A DNA stretch of 64,000 bases from NCBI GenBank assembly GCA_035193785.1, contig CP136572.1, forward strand, positions 2,772,578 through 2,836,577, given 5' to 3'. The DNA comes from Planktothrix sp. GU0601_MAG3 (GTDB lineage Bacteria > Cyanobacteriota > Cyanobacteriia > Cyanobacteriales > Microcoleaceae). The translations under genes and the position numbers were made by a program. The notes under the pieces were generated by a model. That model did no database searches and was not told the origin of the DNA. It saw nothing but the letters and a program-made list of their open reading frames with translations. Positions 49,489 through 62,728 of the stretch are shown in pieces (the first letter of the stretch is position 1; each line of letters opens with the position of its first letter).

Positions 49489-50695
49489 TTACGAATTAGG
49501 AAGATTATATTGTTCGACAATTTGCTTGGCAAAATCAGGAACATGAGAATCTAATTTCTCAGGATAATTCCGTTTAACGTACAGATAATTCCGTGTAAAG
49601 TGAGAATCTATGGAAAAACGGGCATATTCTAACCCCCTGGGGCCAATTTTATCAATCACCACGCCCATTAATTTTGCTGCCCACATCGGCAAGGTGACGG
49701 CTTTATCATAGGCGGGAATACTTTGCTGCACGGCGGGTTTCCGGTTCCCTTGAGCTATTACAGGTTGGGTGTCAATTAAATCTCCCACTAAGTCTAACAT
49801 TTCCTGTCCGGTTTGATTTCTGACTACAATCCATTGCCAGCCAAAAGTTGCTCCCATATATCCAACAACTAAATCCGCCAAGGAGTTAACATAGTCAAAA
49901 CAACTCAAACAAGATGGGGCAAAAATATCCTTTAATTCTTTAGTATTTAACCCAAAAAATGGGACGGTTTCAGTAGAGCCATCCTCATGTTTGAAGTGAA
50001 CTCGAAAATCCTGCATAAATTCATAATAAACCACGGTATCGGGGGATTTGCTGGTGGTTTCCAGGAACTTTTGCAGCCCAGCACGGGTAACATTATCTAC
50101 ACAGGGCGTACCCAAAACATAGAGTTTTTCTAATCCTAATTCCTTCTCAACGGCTCTTAATGCTTGGATTTGACAGCCTACCCCAATTACTAACAACCGC
50201 TTCATTTTCGACTGTTCGATTTGTTCTAAAACCGATAAATTGGGGGATAGGGTAGGTTTATTAACTTTGGCGGCTAAAACTTCTTCTGGGGTTTCTAGCA
50301 ATAACTGGTTGAGGTTGAAAACGGTCTTCTTTGCTATTCTGAACACAAACCACACCTTCCACTAACCCTCGGTTGAGCATTTCAATGGCAATGGTACTAA
50401 CAATTCCCGTCCATTGAGCACCCTCAATAGGTTCTTTTTTTCGAGCTTGCATCATATCTTGATGCACCCCAAAATAGACATCATCCCAATTATCTAAATT
50501 CCGTCGGCGTCCGTGGGCTTCTGTTTCTAATTCCGCAATTTGTTGATTGAGAAACGCACAGGCTTCTTTAACATAATGAATATAATAGGTGTCGCACAGA
50601 CCGCACTCGCTACAGAGTTCTTTCGCCGGGCGACGACTCCCGGGTTTCATACCTTTAGCTTTGAGATGTTTAGCGGGATCTTGTAGTGAAGTCAT
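49489..50695 (-). CDS. bciB: FrhB-family ferredoxin-dependent divinyl chlorophyllide 8-vinyl reductase (frameshift at 50291-50295)
   Basis: LCSECGLC, GAQWTGIV, GVGCQ, GTPCVDN, SCLSCFDYVN. Confidence 0.85.
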
Positions 50696-50910
50696 TGAAA
50701 GTTGGGTTTTGTGATATCTAAATTACAAACATGGTGGCATTTTACCACAATGACTTAGAACAAGGGAAAATAATGATATTCTCCACGGGAATCCAGCAAA
50801 TAAAATGTTCTTGGGCGGTGAATAAATTGATCTCACGGGCTTAAAGTTTGAGCAGGAAAAGATCACGTTCATTGGTTTTGAAGGTGATCTTTTCTTATTT
50901 AAAAACTAAA

Positions 50911-53030
50911 TTAACCGACTTTTACGACTCCGTAACGACTGGTTAATTTATCCAATTGATTGACTAATAAACTTAGGAATAGTCCCACGTCGGTGACAAC
51001 GCCAATGGACTCCACGGAACCGCGATCGCTGAGTTTGGTGACAACGGCCGGGTTAATATCCACACAGACCATTTTAACTCCCGAGGGGGTCATATTCCCC
51101 ACCCCAATCGAATGCAGCATCGAGGACAGCATCAGAATCATATCCGCGCCCTGCAAGAGTTCGGCATAATGTTCTTGGGCTTTAATTAAGTCCATTTGGG
51201 TATCTGGTAGGGGGCCATCATCTCGAATCGAACCCGCTAAGGAGAAGGGAATGTTATTTTTCACACATTCGTACATTACCCCACTTTTAACCAAGCCATT
51301 TTCAACGGCGGCGGCAATACTTCCATAACGGCGAACGGTGTTAATCACGTTTAAATGATGTCGATGTCCTCCCTTAACAGCGACACCCTGTTTCATGTCC
51401 ACACCCAGGGAGGTTCCCATGATGGATTGTTCCATGTCGTGAACGGCGATCGCATTTCCCCCTAATAACGCCTGCACATAGCCTTCACGGATCAGATGGG
51501 ATAAATGTTGTGCCCCTCCGGTATGGATCACCACTGGGCCAGCCGTCACTACGACTTTGCCGCCCCGATCGCGAATTTGGCGCAGTTCCCAGGCGACTTG
51601 TTCCACAATTAACTCAACCCGGCGTTCACTGGAGACTCCGGCCGACATAAAGCTGAATTCCTGGGGTGCATTCCGAGCTTCCCGGGATTCGGTTTTGCGG
51701 ATAGTCCGAAGACCCACCACGTCCACAACTACCTGTTCTCCGACTTTTAAGTCCCGCAGAATTTTACATTGGGCCACTATACCGTTGGGGGTTTGGGAAA
51801 TGGCGATCGCGCCGTCCATGCGTTGATTTTGAACGGTGATCCATTGTCCATTCATCCTGACTTCCGTGGGGTAAATGGTGGAGACGTAGAAATTATCGGG
51901 GCTAACGCCATCCTGTTCGACGGGTTGTAAGCGGGCGTCCCGTTGGTCTTCTTCCAGGGACACCACGCCAATATCAATTAATTGGCTAATAATTTCTTCC
52001 ATCACCTCATGGGATGGGGCAGAAATTTTAATCTCTGCCTTCGAGGTGCTTTGGCGTTGTTCCCCTAAATTGAAGTTGAGGACTTTGAAACTACCCCCAC
52101 CTTCGACGACTAAATCTAGGGCGCGGTTAATTAACCCGGCATCTAATAGATGTCCTTCCATCAGGACGGTGTGGCTTTCGACTTTAACCACCGCATGACG
52201 ATCCACAATTACAGGTTTCAGTCACCCGCAGGGTTAAACATTTAGCGGCTCCACCTGCTTTTAAGAACTCAGCTAAGGGAGTTTCTAGGACGGTAAAACC
52301 GGATTCTTCGAGTCTGGCTTTGAGGTTTTCGCTGACTTTGTTCATAATCACCCTCTGATCCACATTGACGGTGTTACAAGCAAAGTTGATGGCGTCGGGT
52401 TTCTTCAACAATAATCCGTTTTTCGGGGGGAATTCGCAGTTCTATTAAGCGGTTTGAATAGGAATCAAAGGCGGGGGGATAATACATTAAATACCCGCCA
52501 TTTAGGGGACAAAAACAGGTGTCCAAATGATAAAAACGTTCATCCATTAACCGCAGGGATAGGACTTCAATATCCAGCCATTCGGCAATTAGGGGGTGAG
52601 AGTCGAGTTCTGATCGAAACCCATATCCTGCCCATAAATAGCGTCCTTCTCGGTCAAATAATGCGTCTCCTGCTCCTTCAAAGGGGAGGTCTTTAGGTAG
52701 TTCGTGAACGGTAAATCCTTGACTTTCAAACCAGGTTTTGAAATAGGGTTCTTCCCCTTGACGTTCTTTATGATAAAAACGACTAAGAACGACGGTTTTA
52801 TCGAGAACTAACCCGGCGTTGGCGGTGAATACCATATCCGGCCAACCTTTGGCGGGGGTTACTAAGTCCACAATGGCGTGTTCTTTGATCAGATGGTACA
52901 AACTTTGCCATTGTTCTCTAGCTTTGTCAAAGGAGGATTTGTGGATATTGCCCTCCATCCAGGGGTTAATTACATAGTCCACATCGTAGTGGTCTGGAGG
53001 GCACATCAGAAAGCGGATTGATTCTGTCAT
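50911..53030 (-). CDS. argZ: Bifunctional arginine dihydrolase/ornithine cyclodeaminase ArgZ/AgrE (frameshifts at 52399-52403 and 52215-52219)
   Basis: Amidinotransferase N-domain (YVINPWM, PDMVFTAN, FEGAGD, YHLDTCF, GGAAKCL) joined to a TIGR00300-type C-domain (GGNAIAVHD, AGSIRDDGPL). Confidence 0.92.
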
Positions 53031-53391
53031 TTTAGGTACAATAAATAGGGTAGACGCTACGGTTTCCTACTGATAGAAGATTTGAGTCACTACAAAATCC
53101 CAATTCTCCGGTTGAGAAGGGGGGGATTAGTTCTATAAAAAGCCGACCTTTAATTATATCACCCGAATGTGGACAAGCCTTTCGATTCAATGTGAGGAAA
53201 ACCTGACATTGATGAATGAATCCCATTGATTTCTTCTTAATGGGTTGGAAAAAAGCGATTCTATTTTTCTGAGTCTGTAGTAAGATAAATTTTTATACCG
53301 CTACCTACAAGTTTTTTGATCCAAGCACAACTCAACCCTCAGAGGTTGGGGACAGTCTCGCATACCCAAACAATTTTAAGAGGATTAAACG

Positions 53392-54523
53392 ATGTCTTCA
53401 GATAATTTGGCAATTTTTCAAATGACAACTTGTTCTATGAATAATGAGGAGAAAACAGGTAAGGTTTTAGCGATCACAACCTATGGAGATGGACGAAAAA
53501 CGGTCTGTTTTCAAGTTGACAGTATTGGTCAAGGTCAATGGATTCCTGTGACTGCGTTATTAGATTTTGCGAAGGAAACCAGTTTCTCTGACAGAAATAG
53601 AACCAGTTTCCTTGACAAAAACAGAAATTGAAGCAGAAGTTGAGGAAGATATTAATGCGCTAGAAGATTTTGTTAACAACCTTGAGAAAAGTATTACGAA
53701 TAACATCAAAGACCCCATCATTACAGTTACTGTATTAGTTGTTACTGATACTCAAAAAACTATTCATAGCTGTTTAGCTTTACCGGTAGTTGCCGTAGGT
53801 GAAGTCGTAAAATTTGTTAATAATTCACTAGCCTTAGTAACAACCGTTGTCAAAAATATCATAGAGACAATAGTTAATCATTGGAATATACACTGGAAAC
53901 AACGCCTAGTTGAATTGTTGACAACAGGAAAAGTAAAATCCAATCTCAACCAAACCCAGAAAATTGTCCAAACAATTAAAGATAGTTATCCTGATTATTC
54001 TCGTAGTCAGATAGCTCAACAATTAATTAATGAGAAGGTGATTTGGTCTACAGCAATAGGATTAGTAGGGGCAATACCTCACGCCAAGAACGTTCTGAAA
54101 TTAGTGAAGGTTGATTTAAACCATACAACTCCATTGATCATTAAAATGATTTATGAAATAGCTTATGTTTATGAACAACATGAAGAACTAAATCCTGATG
54201 ATATTTTTGCGATTTTAAGCCTAGCATTAGGCGTATCTCATTTAACGATGTTAAAGTTAGATGTTTTACTAGGGAACTCGCCTGAATTCCTTGTCCATCC
54301 AATTGCTAATGCAATGTTGTTTTTAGTAGTTGGATATGCAACTTTGCTATATTATGAAGCTAAATCTAAACATCAAGAACCCTTGGCTTCTGAAAAAATC
54401 TATAAAGAGCTAACAACTGAAGTTGGCTATTACTTGAAAGAGGCTAGTTCTGAAACCTTAGAAATAGAGAAATCTATTGAAAAAGGAATTCATTTAAAAG
54501 CAAAATTACCAGCAGCAACTTAG
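53392..54523 (+). CDS. Hypothetical protein (frameshift at 53575-53579)
   Basis: GAGGA RBS; repaired junction gives tandem EPVSLT(E/K); C-terminal IYEIAYVY helix region, possibly EcsC-like. Confidence 0.65.
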
Positions 54524-54721
54524 AAATAATTGAGGTTGATTTTCTAATTTCCATAAAATCAACCTCTGATCAATCCTATCGGTACGAAGACTTTGAAAAG
54601 TTTATCCAGGTAACAAATTCTATAGAATCTCTGAGTCAACTAAATAATCTGATTAATATAGCTTTGCAAAATTGGTTAGAAAGGTTATAGGAGAAACTGG
54701 TTATTTCCTATAACCTTTGCT

Positions 54722-54834
54722 GCCCGGAAATAAATTTCGGGCTAAAAGCCAAAACCATCTAAAGATGGTTAAAAATTCAAACAACAACCCGTTTTAACGG
54801 GTTTAAGCTCTGAGCCGGAAATTTATTTCACGGC
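54722..54834. repeat. Inverted palindrome doublet (REPIN-like) beside tnpA
   Basis: GCCCGGAAATAAATTTCGGGCT, AACCATCTAAAGATGGTT, AACCCGTTTTAACGGGTT, AGCCGGAAATTTATTTCACGGC. Confidence 0.8.
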
Positions 54835-54904
54835 CATATTTGGATGGGAAAGGTTGAGTGAACCCAACCCTACAGCAAAAACTATCTAATCCTGATCTTG
54901 ATAA

Positions 54905-55306
54905 TCAGGTTTCTAAACCCAAAATTGTAGTCCCATAGGAATGATGTTCTTTTTGATTATTCACATAGGCTTTAGCATCTTCTAATTGTTTACCTCCCAA
55001 CGTTAAAACCCCATATCCATGTTGCCAACTAAACCCTAAATTTGAAGCGGAAGGAGTATGATTCAAATGATAAGCACTACTCCCTTTAATATTTTTGACA
55101 AATTCAGAAACCGATAATTTCGGAGGTATAGAAACCACAAGATGAATGTGATCCTCCACACCCCCAATTGCATGAATAATACACCCCAAATAATCTGCTT
55201 TACCGATAATATAACCATAGAGTTCTGATTCTCGATCAGCCATTATCAAAGGTTGTCGGTTTTTTGTTGCCCACACTAAATGATAATATGTACGCCAAAA
55301 CGCCAT
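54905..55306 (-). CDS. tnpA: IS200/IS605-family Y1 HUH transposase (RAYT-like)
   Basis: YHLVWATKNR, EDHIHL, KGSS, WQHGY, Y..NQKEHH. Confidence 0.93.
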   Translation of the reverse strand: MAFWRTYYHLVWATKNRQPLIMADRESELYGYIIGKADYLGCIIHAIGGVEDHIHLVVSIPPKLSVSEFVKNIKGSSAYHLNHTPSASNLGFSWQHGYGVLTLGGKQLEDAKAYVNNQKEHHSYGTTILGLET

Positions 55307-55798
55307 ATCAAATCCATCAATACCAGATCAAATGCCAATAGACTGAAATTATAACTTAAAGCAGATGACAATAAGCCAATTACCTGTATCAATATGTTTA
55401 TTATAATCCTCAGTAATCGGTGCATCAAATAGAAAGAAGATTTTCGTCTTCTCAGAGCAGATATCCAGATCGTTGTGGTAATGAACGAATAAAATAATAT
55501 AGTTAAACCGTTGGGGATCAATATTTTAGGAAAATCACCCGAAAAAAACCCAGAAAACTTTCAATTCCCTTAAGATTGTTTATAAAATAGTTAAGTTCAG
55601 GGAAAAGTTAACCTTTTACTATGACAATATAGATAATATAATATAGAGTTCTATTGGATCATGATCGTTAACTCGGGTGAGTTTGATGTGCGAGGTTGTG
55701 AACAAGTTGTAGACAGGGACAAGAACAGGTTTGAATACAAGCTTGCTTCCAATCTCCCACGCTTTTGATCATGATTTCATCTGGAGGATTTAAGTCTT

Positions 55799-58700
55799 AT
55801 GTCTCCCCAAGCTGACCTCCTAACCTTCCTTCAGGTCGTCCCTGTTTGTAACCATGACGCTTCCCTAGAAACGTTAGGAATTATTTTTTCCCAGGGTAAC
55901 TGTGAACAGGTTGTGATTGTCAACTCCCAATATCAGCCTCTAGGAATGATTTCGTTACGTCGTTTCCTTCCCTATCTGCTGAATCAGATTCCTGTTTCCC
56001 CGCCGACTCAGACCCAAGCGTCCGTCGGAGAAGTTTTTCAAGCCATCATTGAGCCGGTGATTGGCATTCCATCCCATCTGAAACCTACAAGAGTTCTGGC
56101 TCTATTTACAATATCAGAGTTCTCAAACCGGGCTGAATCAGACTCAAACTCAAAGCATATCCTTAGCTTTAGTGAATCGGGCTGGGGAATTTATCGGATT
56201 AATTGATAGTTTACAGGTGTTAGACCATTTAGCCAAACATTCCCAACCCTTCCCCCCCGTGGAGTCACCGAAAGCTTCGCCCCTGCAAACTTTCGACTCG
56301 AAAATAGAAACCCCCCAGGGATTAAGTGCTTTATCCCTGGGTAATTCTACCTTGCCCTATCATTTAATTGATTTTTTAAATGAACTACCTATCCCCTTAA
56401 TGATTCAACGGCATGATGGCACTATCATCAGTCAAAATTTAGCATGGCGATCGCTGATTGGGCGAGGGGCAGAAGTCGTACAGGAGGTCGCGGAAGCCGT
56501 AACCCGTTGGACTGAAACCCCCGAAATATTTTCTAAGCAGGAAAACGGACTGAATCACCCTTCAGAAACCTCTGGGAACTTGGGATTTTTGTCTAACCCC
56601 TTAACCCATATTTCTGAACCTGTCACCGCAAATTTAGCCGCCTTAGAAATGCCCCAATGGTGTCAACTGGGGAGTAAACCAGATACTTATATTTGCATTT
56701 GTCCTGTGGCTCAAAATCAAGAGCGGGTATGGCAATTTACCCGTCAACGATTGAACCAGGAATCGGAAATAGCATTATGTTTAGAACGGGAGACTAATGA
56801 CCTATGGTTAGTGTTAGCTCAGGACATTACAGAACAGCATCGAGTTGCCCAAGAACTCACCGCCAAAAATACCGATTTAATTCAACTAAATCGTATCAAA
56901 GATGAGTTTATGGCCTGTATTAGTCATGAACTAAAAACACCTCTAACCGCCGTATTGGGTCTATCGAGTTTATTAAAAGATCAAGTTTTAGGGGAATTGA
57001 ATGAAAGACAAACCCGTTATGCCCAACTGATTCATAAAAGTGGTCGTCACCTGATGTTAGTGGTGAATGATATTCTGGATTTAACCCGCATAGAAACCGG
57101 ACAATTAGAGTTAGTCCCAGAAACCTTTACATATTCATACCGTTTGTCAATCTGCCTTTGATTTAGCAATTCAACACTACCAAAGCCAGGATAAATCGGA
57201 TATTAAATTGCAAGCAGAAATTCTAGCTCAAGTTAAACGTCGATTTCACTTAGAAATTGAACCGGGTTTAGAAACCTTTATCGCGGACGATCTCCGATTA
57301 CGACAAATGTTAGTCAATTTGTTGTGTAATGCCCTAAAATTCGCCCCCGATGGGAGTGATTTTGGTCTACAAGTGAATCGTTGGGAAAATTGGGTGGCTT
57401 TTACGATTTGGGATCGAGGAATTGGGATTCCTGATGATAAACAACATCTGATTTTCCAAAAATTCCAACAGTTAGAAAGTCCCCTGACCCGTGAATTTGA
57501 AGGGACAGGACTGGGGTTAGTATTAACCCAACGTTTGGCTCGACTACATGGGGGAGATGTCAGCTTTATTTCTAAACCGAATCAAGGCAGTAAATTTACG
57601 CTATTATTACCGCCGAGTCCCCCCCGTCGTAATTGGGAATTGGGCAAAAAACTGGGTGGTCAATACCCTGAAGTTTCCAGTTATTCTCCTGTAGTTTCCT
57701 CGGAAAAATCGCGGTTAGTATTAGTGGTAGAAACCGTTCCCCAATTTATTGAAAACCTGAGCGAAAATCTCACAAATTTAGGGTATCGAGTTGTGGTAGC
57801 CCGTTCAGGAACAGAGGCGGTTGAAAAATCTCGTTGTTTACAACCTAGGGTAATTTTACTAAATCCTTTAATTCCTTTATTATCAGGTTGGGATGTTTTA
57901 ACCCTGCTAAAAACCGATATAAAAACCCATCAAATTCCGGTGATTGTCACCGCCACGTTAGGAGATAAACAACGGGCAACTATGAATCATTGTGATGGAT
58001 TTCTCCGCCTTCCGGTTCAAGGGTTAGAGTTAGAAAAAATGTTGGGAGAATTGCTACCAAAAGTTCCATGTTCGGTTCCACAACAGTTAATTATTCTTTG
58101 GCTGAGTTTATCAATAAATTCTCAAAGTTCAGCTTCAATGGAACCCTTAGAAAATAAAAACTCTATTTATCATTCAGCCCTATTTTTATCGCGGTTTTCC
58201 CATTGCCGAATTTTAGAAGTAGATGATATTAATCAAGCCGCCATCATGGCTCGAATTTGGCATCCTAACGTCATGGTTTTAGAAAGAGATAGTTCGATAA
58301 AAAATCCATCCTATCTGTTACAGGAAATTAGTCAACAAGAAAGTTTAGCCCGTTTGCCCATTGTTACCCTAGACCCCTTGACTACTCAAGTTGCTAATCA
58401 AATTGAAAACTTATCAGTTTTTCCTTGTTTAGCTAATTCTCCAGAAGACCAACTCAAAAATCAAAGTTTTCCTTTATCCATGAGTTCAGCTTTATTAGAA
58501 GTTGTCCAAATTGCGACTCGTTTGAGTTGGAAACCTAGTATTTTAGTGGTCGATTCTTCTGTTTTACCTGAAGAACAATTCGGTCATTTATTAGATTCTC
58601 AAGACCCTAATATTAACTCAGGGTTAAACCCGGAATTAATGTCGGGGTCTGACAACCAATTATACTGCAATTTTGCCAAAAATCCAATCCTTGATTCAGA

Positions 58701-59163
58701 CCGTATTGATCGGAGCGATGATATTAACTTTAGGATCGATCAAGCCCTGGTTCAATATATTGAAATTGCGGGATTTCAAGGAATTATGGGCAAAAGTTGG
58801 GAGGAAATTATTCGGAAAATTCAATGTAAAAGTTTGGATTTAATATTAATTTGTTTCCGGGGTAAATCTTTTGCCAATATCATTGAAGCCCTGTCAAATT
58901 TGGAAAAAATACAATCAAAAATTCCCATAATTATTTTAGCACAATCAGATATTAATATCTTGAATAAAACTATTAATAAAAAACGAAAAGATCAACCCTA
59001 TTCTAACGTTGAATTAGAGGAGCATATCTGGCAAAAAATGGCTATTTATTTGCAACGATTTACAGCTAGTTTTCCGATTAAAGTCTTACCCTTTAATTTA
59101 TCCGTAGATTCTTTGTTGGAGGAAATTAAAGTTTTATTGACTCACCCTAAACCCTATCAATGA
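55799..59163 (+). CDS. Large cytoplasmic hybrid histidine kinase with CBS-like N-terminus and REC domain (frameshifts at 56080-56084 and 57120-57124)
   Basis: SHELKTPLT, NLLCNALKF, DRGIGI, GTGLGL; atypical REC (LLNPLIPLLSGWDVL). Confidence 0.9.
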
Positions 59164-59175
59164 ATTCAGAATCCC

Positions 59176-59226
59176 CGACTGGCTCAAAGCTCACAACGCA
59201 GCCTGTTCCCTGTTCCCTATTCCCTA
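59176..59226 (+). repeat. Short, unexpanded relative of the 20439-20700 composite repeat
   Basis: CGACTGGCTCA..GCTCACAACGCAGCCTGTTCCCTGTTCCCTATTCCCT versus CGACAGGCTCAC...GCTCACGACGCAGCCTATTCCCTATTCCCC. Confidence 0.7.
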
Positions 59227-59264
59227 TAAAGTTATATTATTTCATAATAAAACAGGAAAAAACT

Positions 59265-60900
59265 ATGCGCTGGTTTTCATCTTTTGCCTTAACAATAGCC
59301 TCTGTATTATTAACAACTCTCCCCGGAATTGCCGCAGAATTAATTATTATCCCGTTGGGAAAAACAAACATTTCTATCTCCATTGATTCCTTAGAAAATT
59401 ATGCCCAAAAAGGCACAATTAATCCCAAAGAATCTTTATCTACCTATTTACAACTATTAAGTCCTGAACAAAGACAAACCCTAATCCGACTATTGAAAAT
59501 TCGTTATACTAATCAATCTATTTCTATTCAACCCTTTTTTAATTCTCCCCTGATTTTAGCCTTTTTAAGCTATCTGGGAAATATTATTCAAACCCAATCG
59601 GGGGATAATGGAGTAGAAGCAATTCATACTAGCTTAATTGAGGTTTCTAATATACCCAATGGTTTTACTATTATAGATGTGCTGCGTCGGTTTCCTAGTC
59701 CAGAAATTCGCCTAAATGTTGAAAAAATATTAGAAATTTTGACCCGGATTCTTACTTTAGTTCAGCAAACTCATACCGTGACAAAATCCTTAGAAGTCTT
59801 ATCAAATATCGAAGCCAAAAAAGCTGATTTTACCGATTTTAGTCAAAAACCAGATTTACGGAAACCCGGAACATTCAAGAGTATTAAAAAAACCATAACA
59901 GTCAATAATCCTGAAAACAATCGTAACTTCGAGGTTGATATTTATTTACCCGATACTTCAACTCCTTCCGATAAAATTCATCCTGTGATTGTTATTTCCC
60001 ATGGGTTAGCTTCCGATCGTTCTCGCTTTGAAAGTTTAGCTCGACATCTCAACTCCTATGGGTTTGCTGTGGCGGTTTCCCCAACATCCAGGTAGTGATT
60101 ATCAACAATTTCAATCCTTACTTAAAGGGGAAGTGAAAGACCTATTTGAACCAGAACAATTTATTGATCGACCCCAAGATATAACCGCCTTATTGAATGA
60201 CTTAGAAAAACTCAATACCAGCGATTTTAATGATAGATTAGATTTAAAAAATGTCGGTGTAATTGGTCATTCCTTGGGTGGATATACGGCTTTGGTTTTA
60301 GCCGGAGCTACCCTCGATTTTACCCAACTTAGAACCCAATGTCAACCGTCGGATATTCCCTTAAATCCCTCGATTTTTCTTCAATGTCGGGCTTTGGAAC
60401 TTTCTGATAATAACTATAAACTCAAGGATTCAAGAGTCAAAGCTATTTTTGTATTAAATCCAGTGAATAGTATTATTTTAGGAAAATCGGGTTTAAGTAA
60501 AATTAAAATTCCCATTTTTATCACGGCGAGTACCGGAGATTTTCTCGCTCCTGTATTATCAGAACAGTTGCAGTCTTTTACTTGGCTAACCACTCCCGAA
60601 AAATATCTAATGATGCAAAATCATGCCACCCATTTTTACGATATTACTTCAGAAAATACCTCGGAACTCTCACAACTCCCTGAATTTGTCCCTCCTACTT
60701 CTGAAATTAGTCGAGACTATATTAAAGCCTTAAGTACGGCATTCTTCAAAACCTATTTAACTCAAGATTCTCAATACAAACCCTATCTAAATGCAGCTTA
60801 TATTCAAACCATTAGCGATCAAGCCTATCCTTTGAGTTTAATTCAATCCCTAACTCCCAATCAATTAACTAACGCAATTAAAGGGATAACTTCTGATTAA
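59265..60900 (+). CDS. DUF1400-domain alpha/beta hydrolase (frameshift at 60075-60079)
   Basis: Signal peptide, VISHGLAS, DRPQD, GHSLGG. Confidence 0.88.
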
Positions 60901-60991
60901 AATTAATAAATTTTAAATTTTAAAAAGGTTGACATTATTCGATTTTTAATGCTAATCTAAAAAGCAATGATATAACTCCCAGTTTGATTTT

Positions 60992-62678
60992 ATGTTGAAA
61001 CCTATTAACAATTCCCAGGACTATCAACCCAATAAAAACAATAAAAGAATTCGGTCTCTCTCGAATCAACTAATTAAAATTGGCTTAGGAATTCTATCGG
61101 GTTTAATGGCTACAACCTCCCCAACAATAGCCGCCGAACGAATTGCAGTTCGGTATAATGTCGGTACGGTTTTGATTCCCATTGAAGACTTAGCCACATT
61201 TGCTCGACAGGGAGAAATTTCGCCTGTTCTATCAATTTCTGAAAAAATTCTTAGCCCTGAAGATATAGAAAAACTGCGTCAACTGTTAGTTACTCCCATG
61301 ACCGCCAGTCCCTGGAGTATTCAACAATTTAATGACACCACTACGGGGACTGTGATTCTAACTCGCTTTGGCAATTTCATTCAAACCGATAATGGGGAAA
61401 ATGGTTTCAAGGCTTTAAAAACAGCAATTAATCAAGCTTCTAAACTTCCTGGAGGTTTAACTTTATTGGGGATTTTAGAAAACTTTCCGGGTAACAGGAT
61501 AGAAATTGACCTAAATTTTGCTCTCCAAGTGATTCAAGATTTATCTCAAATTATTTATGAAGATCAATCTATCATTAATTGGATTAGGCAACAGGCTCAA
61601 GCTGAAATCAATAATCCAGCCATTCAAAATCGACCGATTAATTTGAGAAATCCGGGTACAAATCAATGGAAAAAAGAATCCTTTACCTTTCAAAATCCTC
61701 AACGAAATCAGCCTTCTCCCGTGGATGTTTATATTCCCCAAATTTCAACCCCAGCCCCTGTAATTGTGATTTCCCATGGTTTAGGTTTCCGACCGAACAA
61801 CCTTCAAATATTTGGCGGAACATTTAGCCTCCCATGGCTATTTTGTAGCGGTTCCCGAACATTTAGAAACCAGTGCCAATGGGTTAGCTAATTTTCTACA
61901 GGGAAATGCTCAACCTCCAGGTGCAGAAGCATTTGTTGATCGTCCTTTAGATATTACTTCCGTACTTAATCTATTAGAAGAAAAGGCAAAAGAATCCGTA
62001 TTTCCTAGCCCTTTACTCTTAGATAATGTGGGGGTTATAGGTCAATCCTATGGCGGTTATACAGCTTTAGCAGTGGGGGGAGCGACCTTTAATACCGACA
62101 GAATTAATCAAGAGTGTGCAAAGGTTGCAGACCAGCAACTTAGTCTAAATATCTCGATATTACTGCAATGTCAAGCCACTTCTATTGCCAATAAAGGTTA
62201 TGATCTTCAGGATAAACGGGTCAAAGCGGTGATTGCTGTGAATCCGATTACCAGTGTGGTATTTGGACAAGAAGGCATGAGTCAAATTAAAATTCCCGTG
62301 TTAATGATTGGAGGAAGTGATGATTATGTAGCCCCGGCTGTTAGTGAACAAATTTATCCCTTTTCTTGGTTAACCAGCCCTAACAAATACCTAATGTTAT
62401 TAGAGAAAGGAACCCATTTTTCCTTCCTAGAATCTGGGGAGTCGGTGATTCCTGTCCCGCCTGAAATTATCGGCCCAAATCCAGAGTTAGCCTTTCCCTT
62501 TTTAAAAGCAATCAGTTTAGTGTTTTTTAATAGTTATATTCGAGGTCAAACCGAATATTTACCCTATTTGAATGCTGGTTATATCCAGAGACTTGAAACC
62601 TCTCCTTTTAGTTTGACAATTGTTAATTCTTTAACTTCAGAAAATATCCAAGAAGCAATTCGCAAAGTTCGCAAATAG
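60992..62678 (+). CDS. DUF1400-domain alpha/beta hydrolase, tandem paralogue (frameshift at 61785-61789)
   Basis: AAERI, VISHGLGS, DRPLD, GQSYGG, GTHFS. Confidence 0.88.
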
Positions 62679-62728
62679 TTATAAAAATTGTGTAGTCACC
62701 TTACATCAACTCATTATTTAATTTTAAC

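Noticed and set aside
55276..55521. 81-aa minus-strand ORF upstream of tnpA, and other short antisense ORFs in the track
   Set aside because: No motifs; AT-rich or shadow ORFs overlapping better-supported genes
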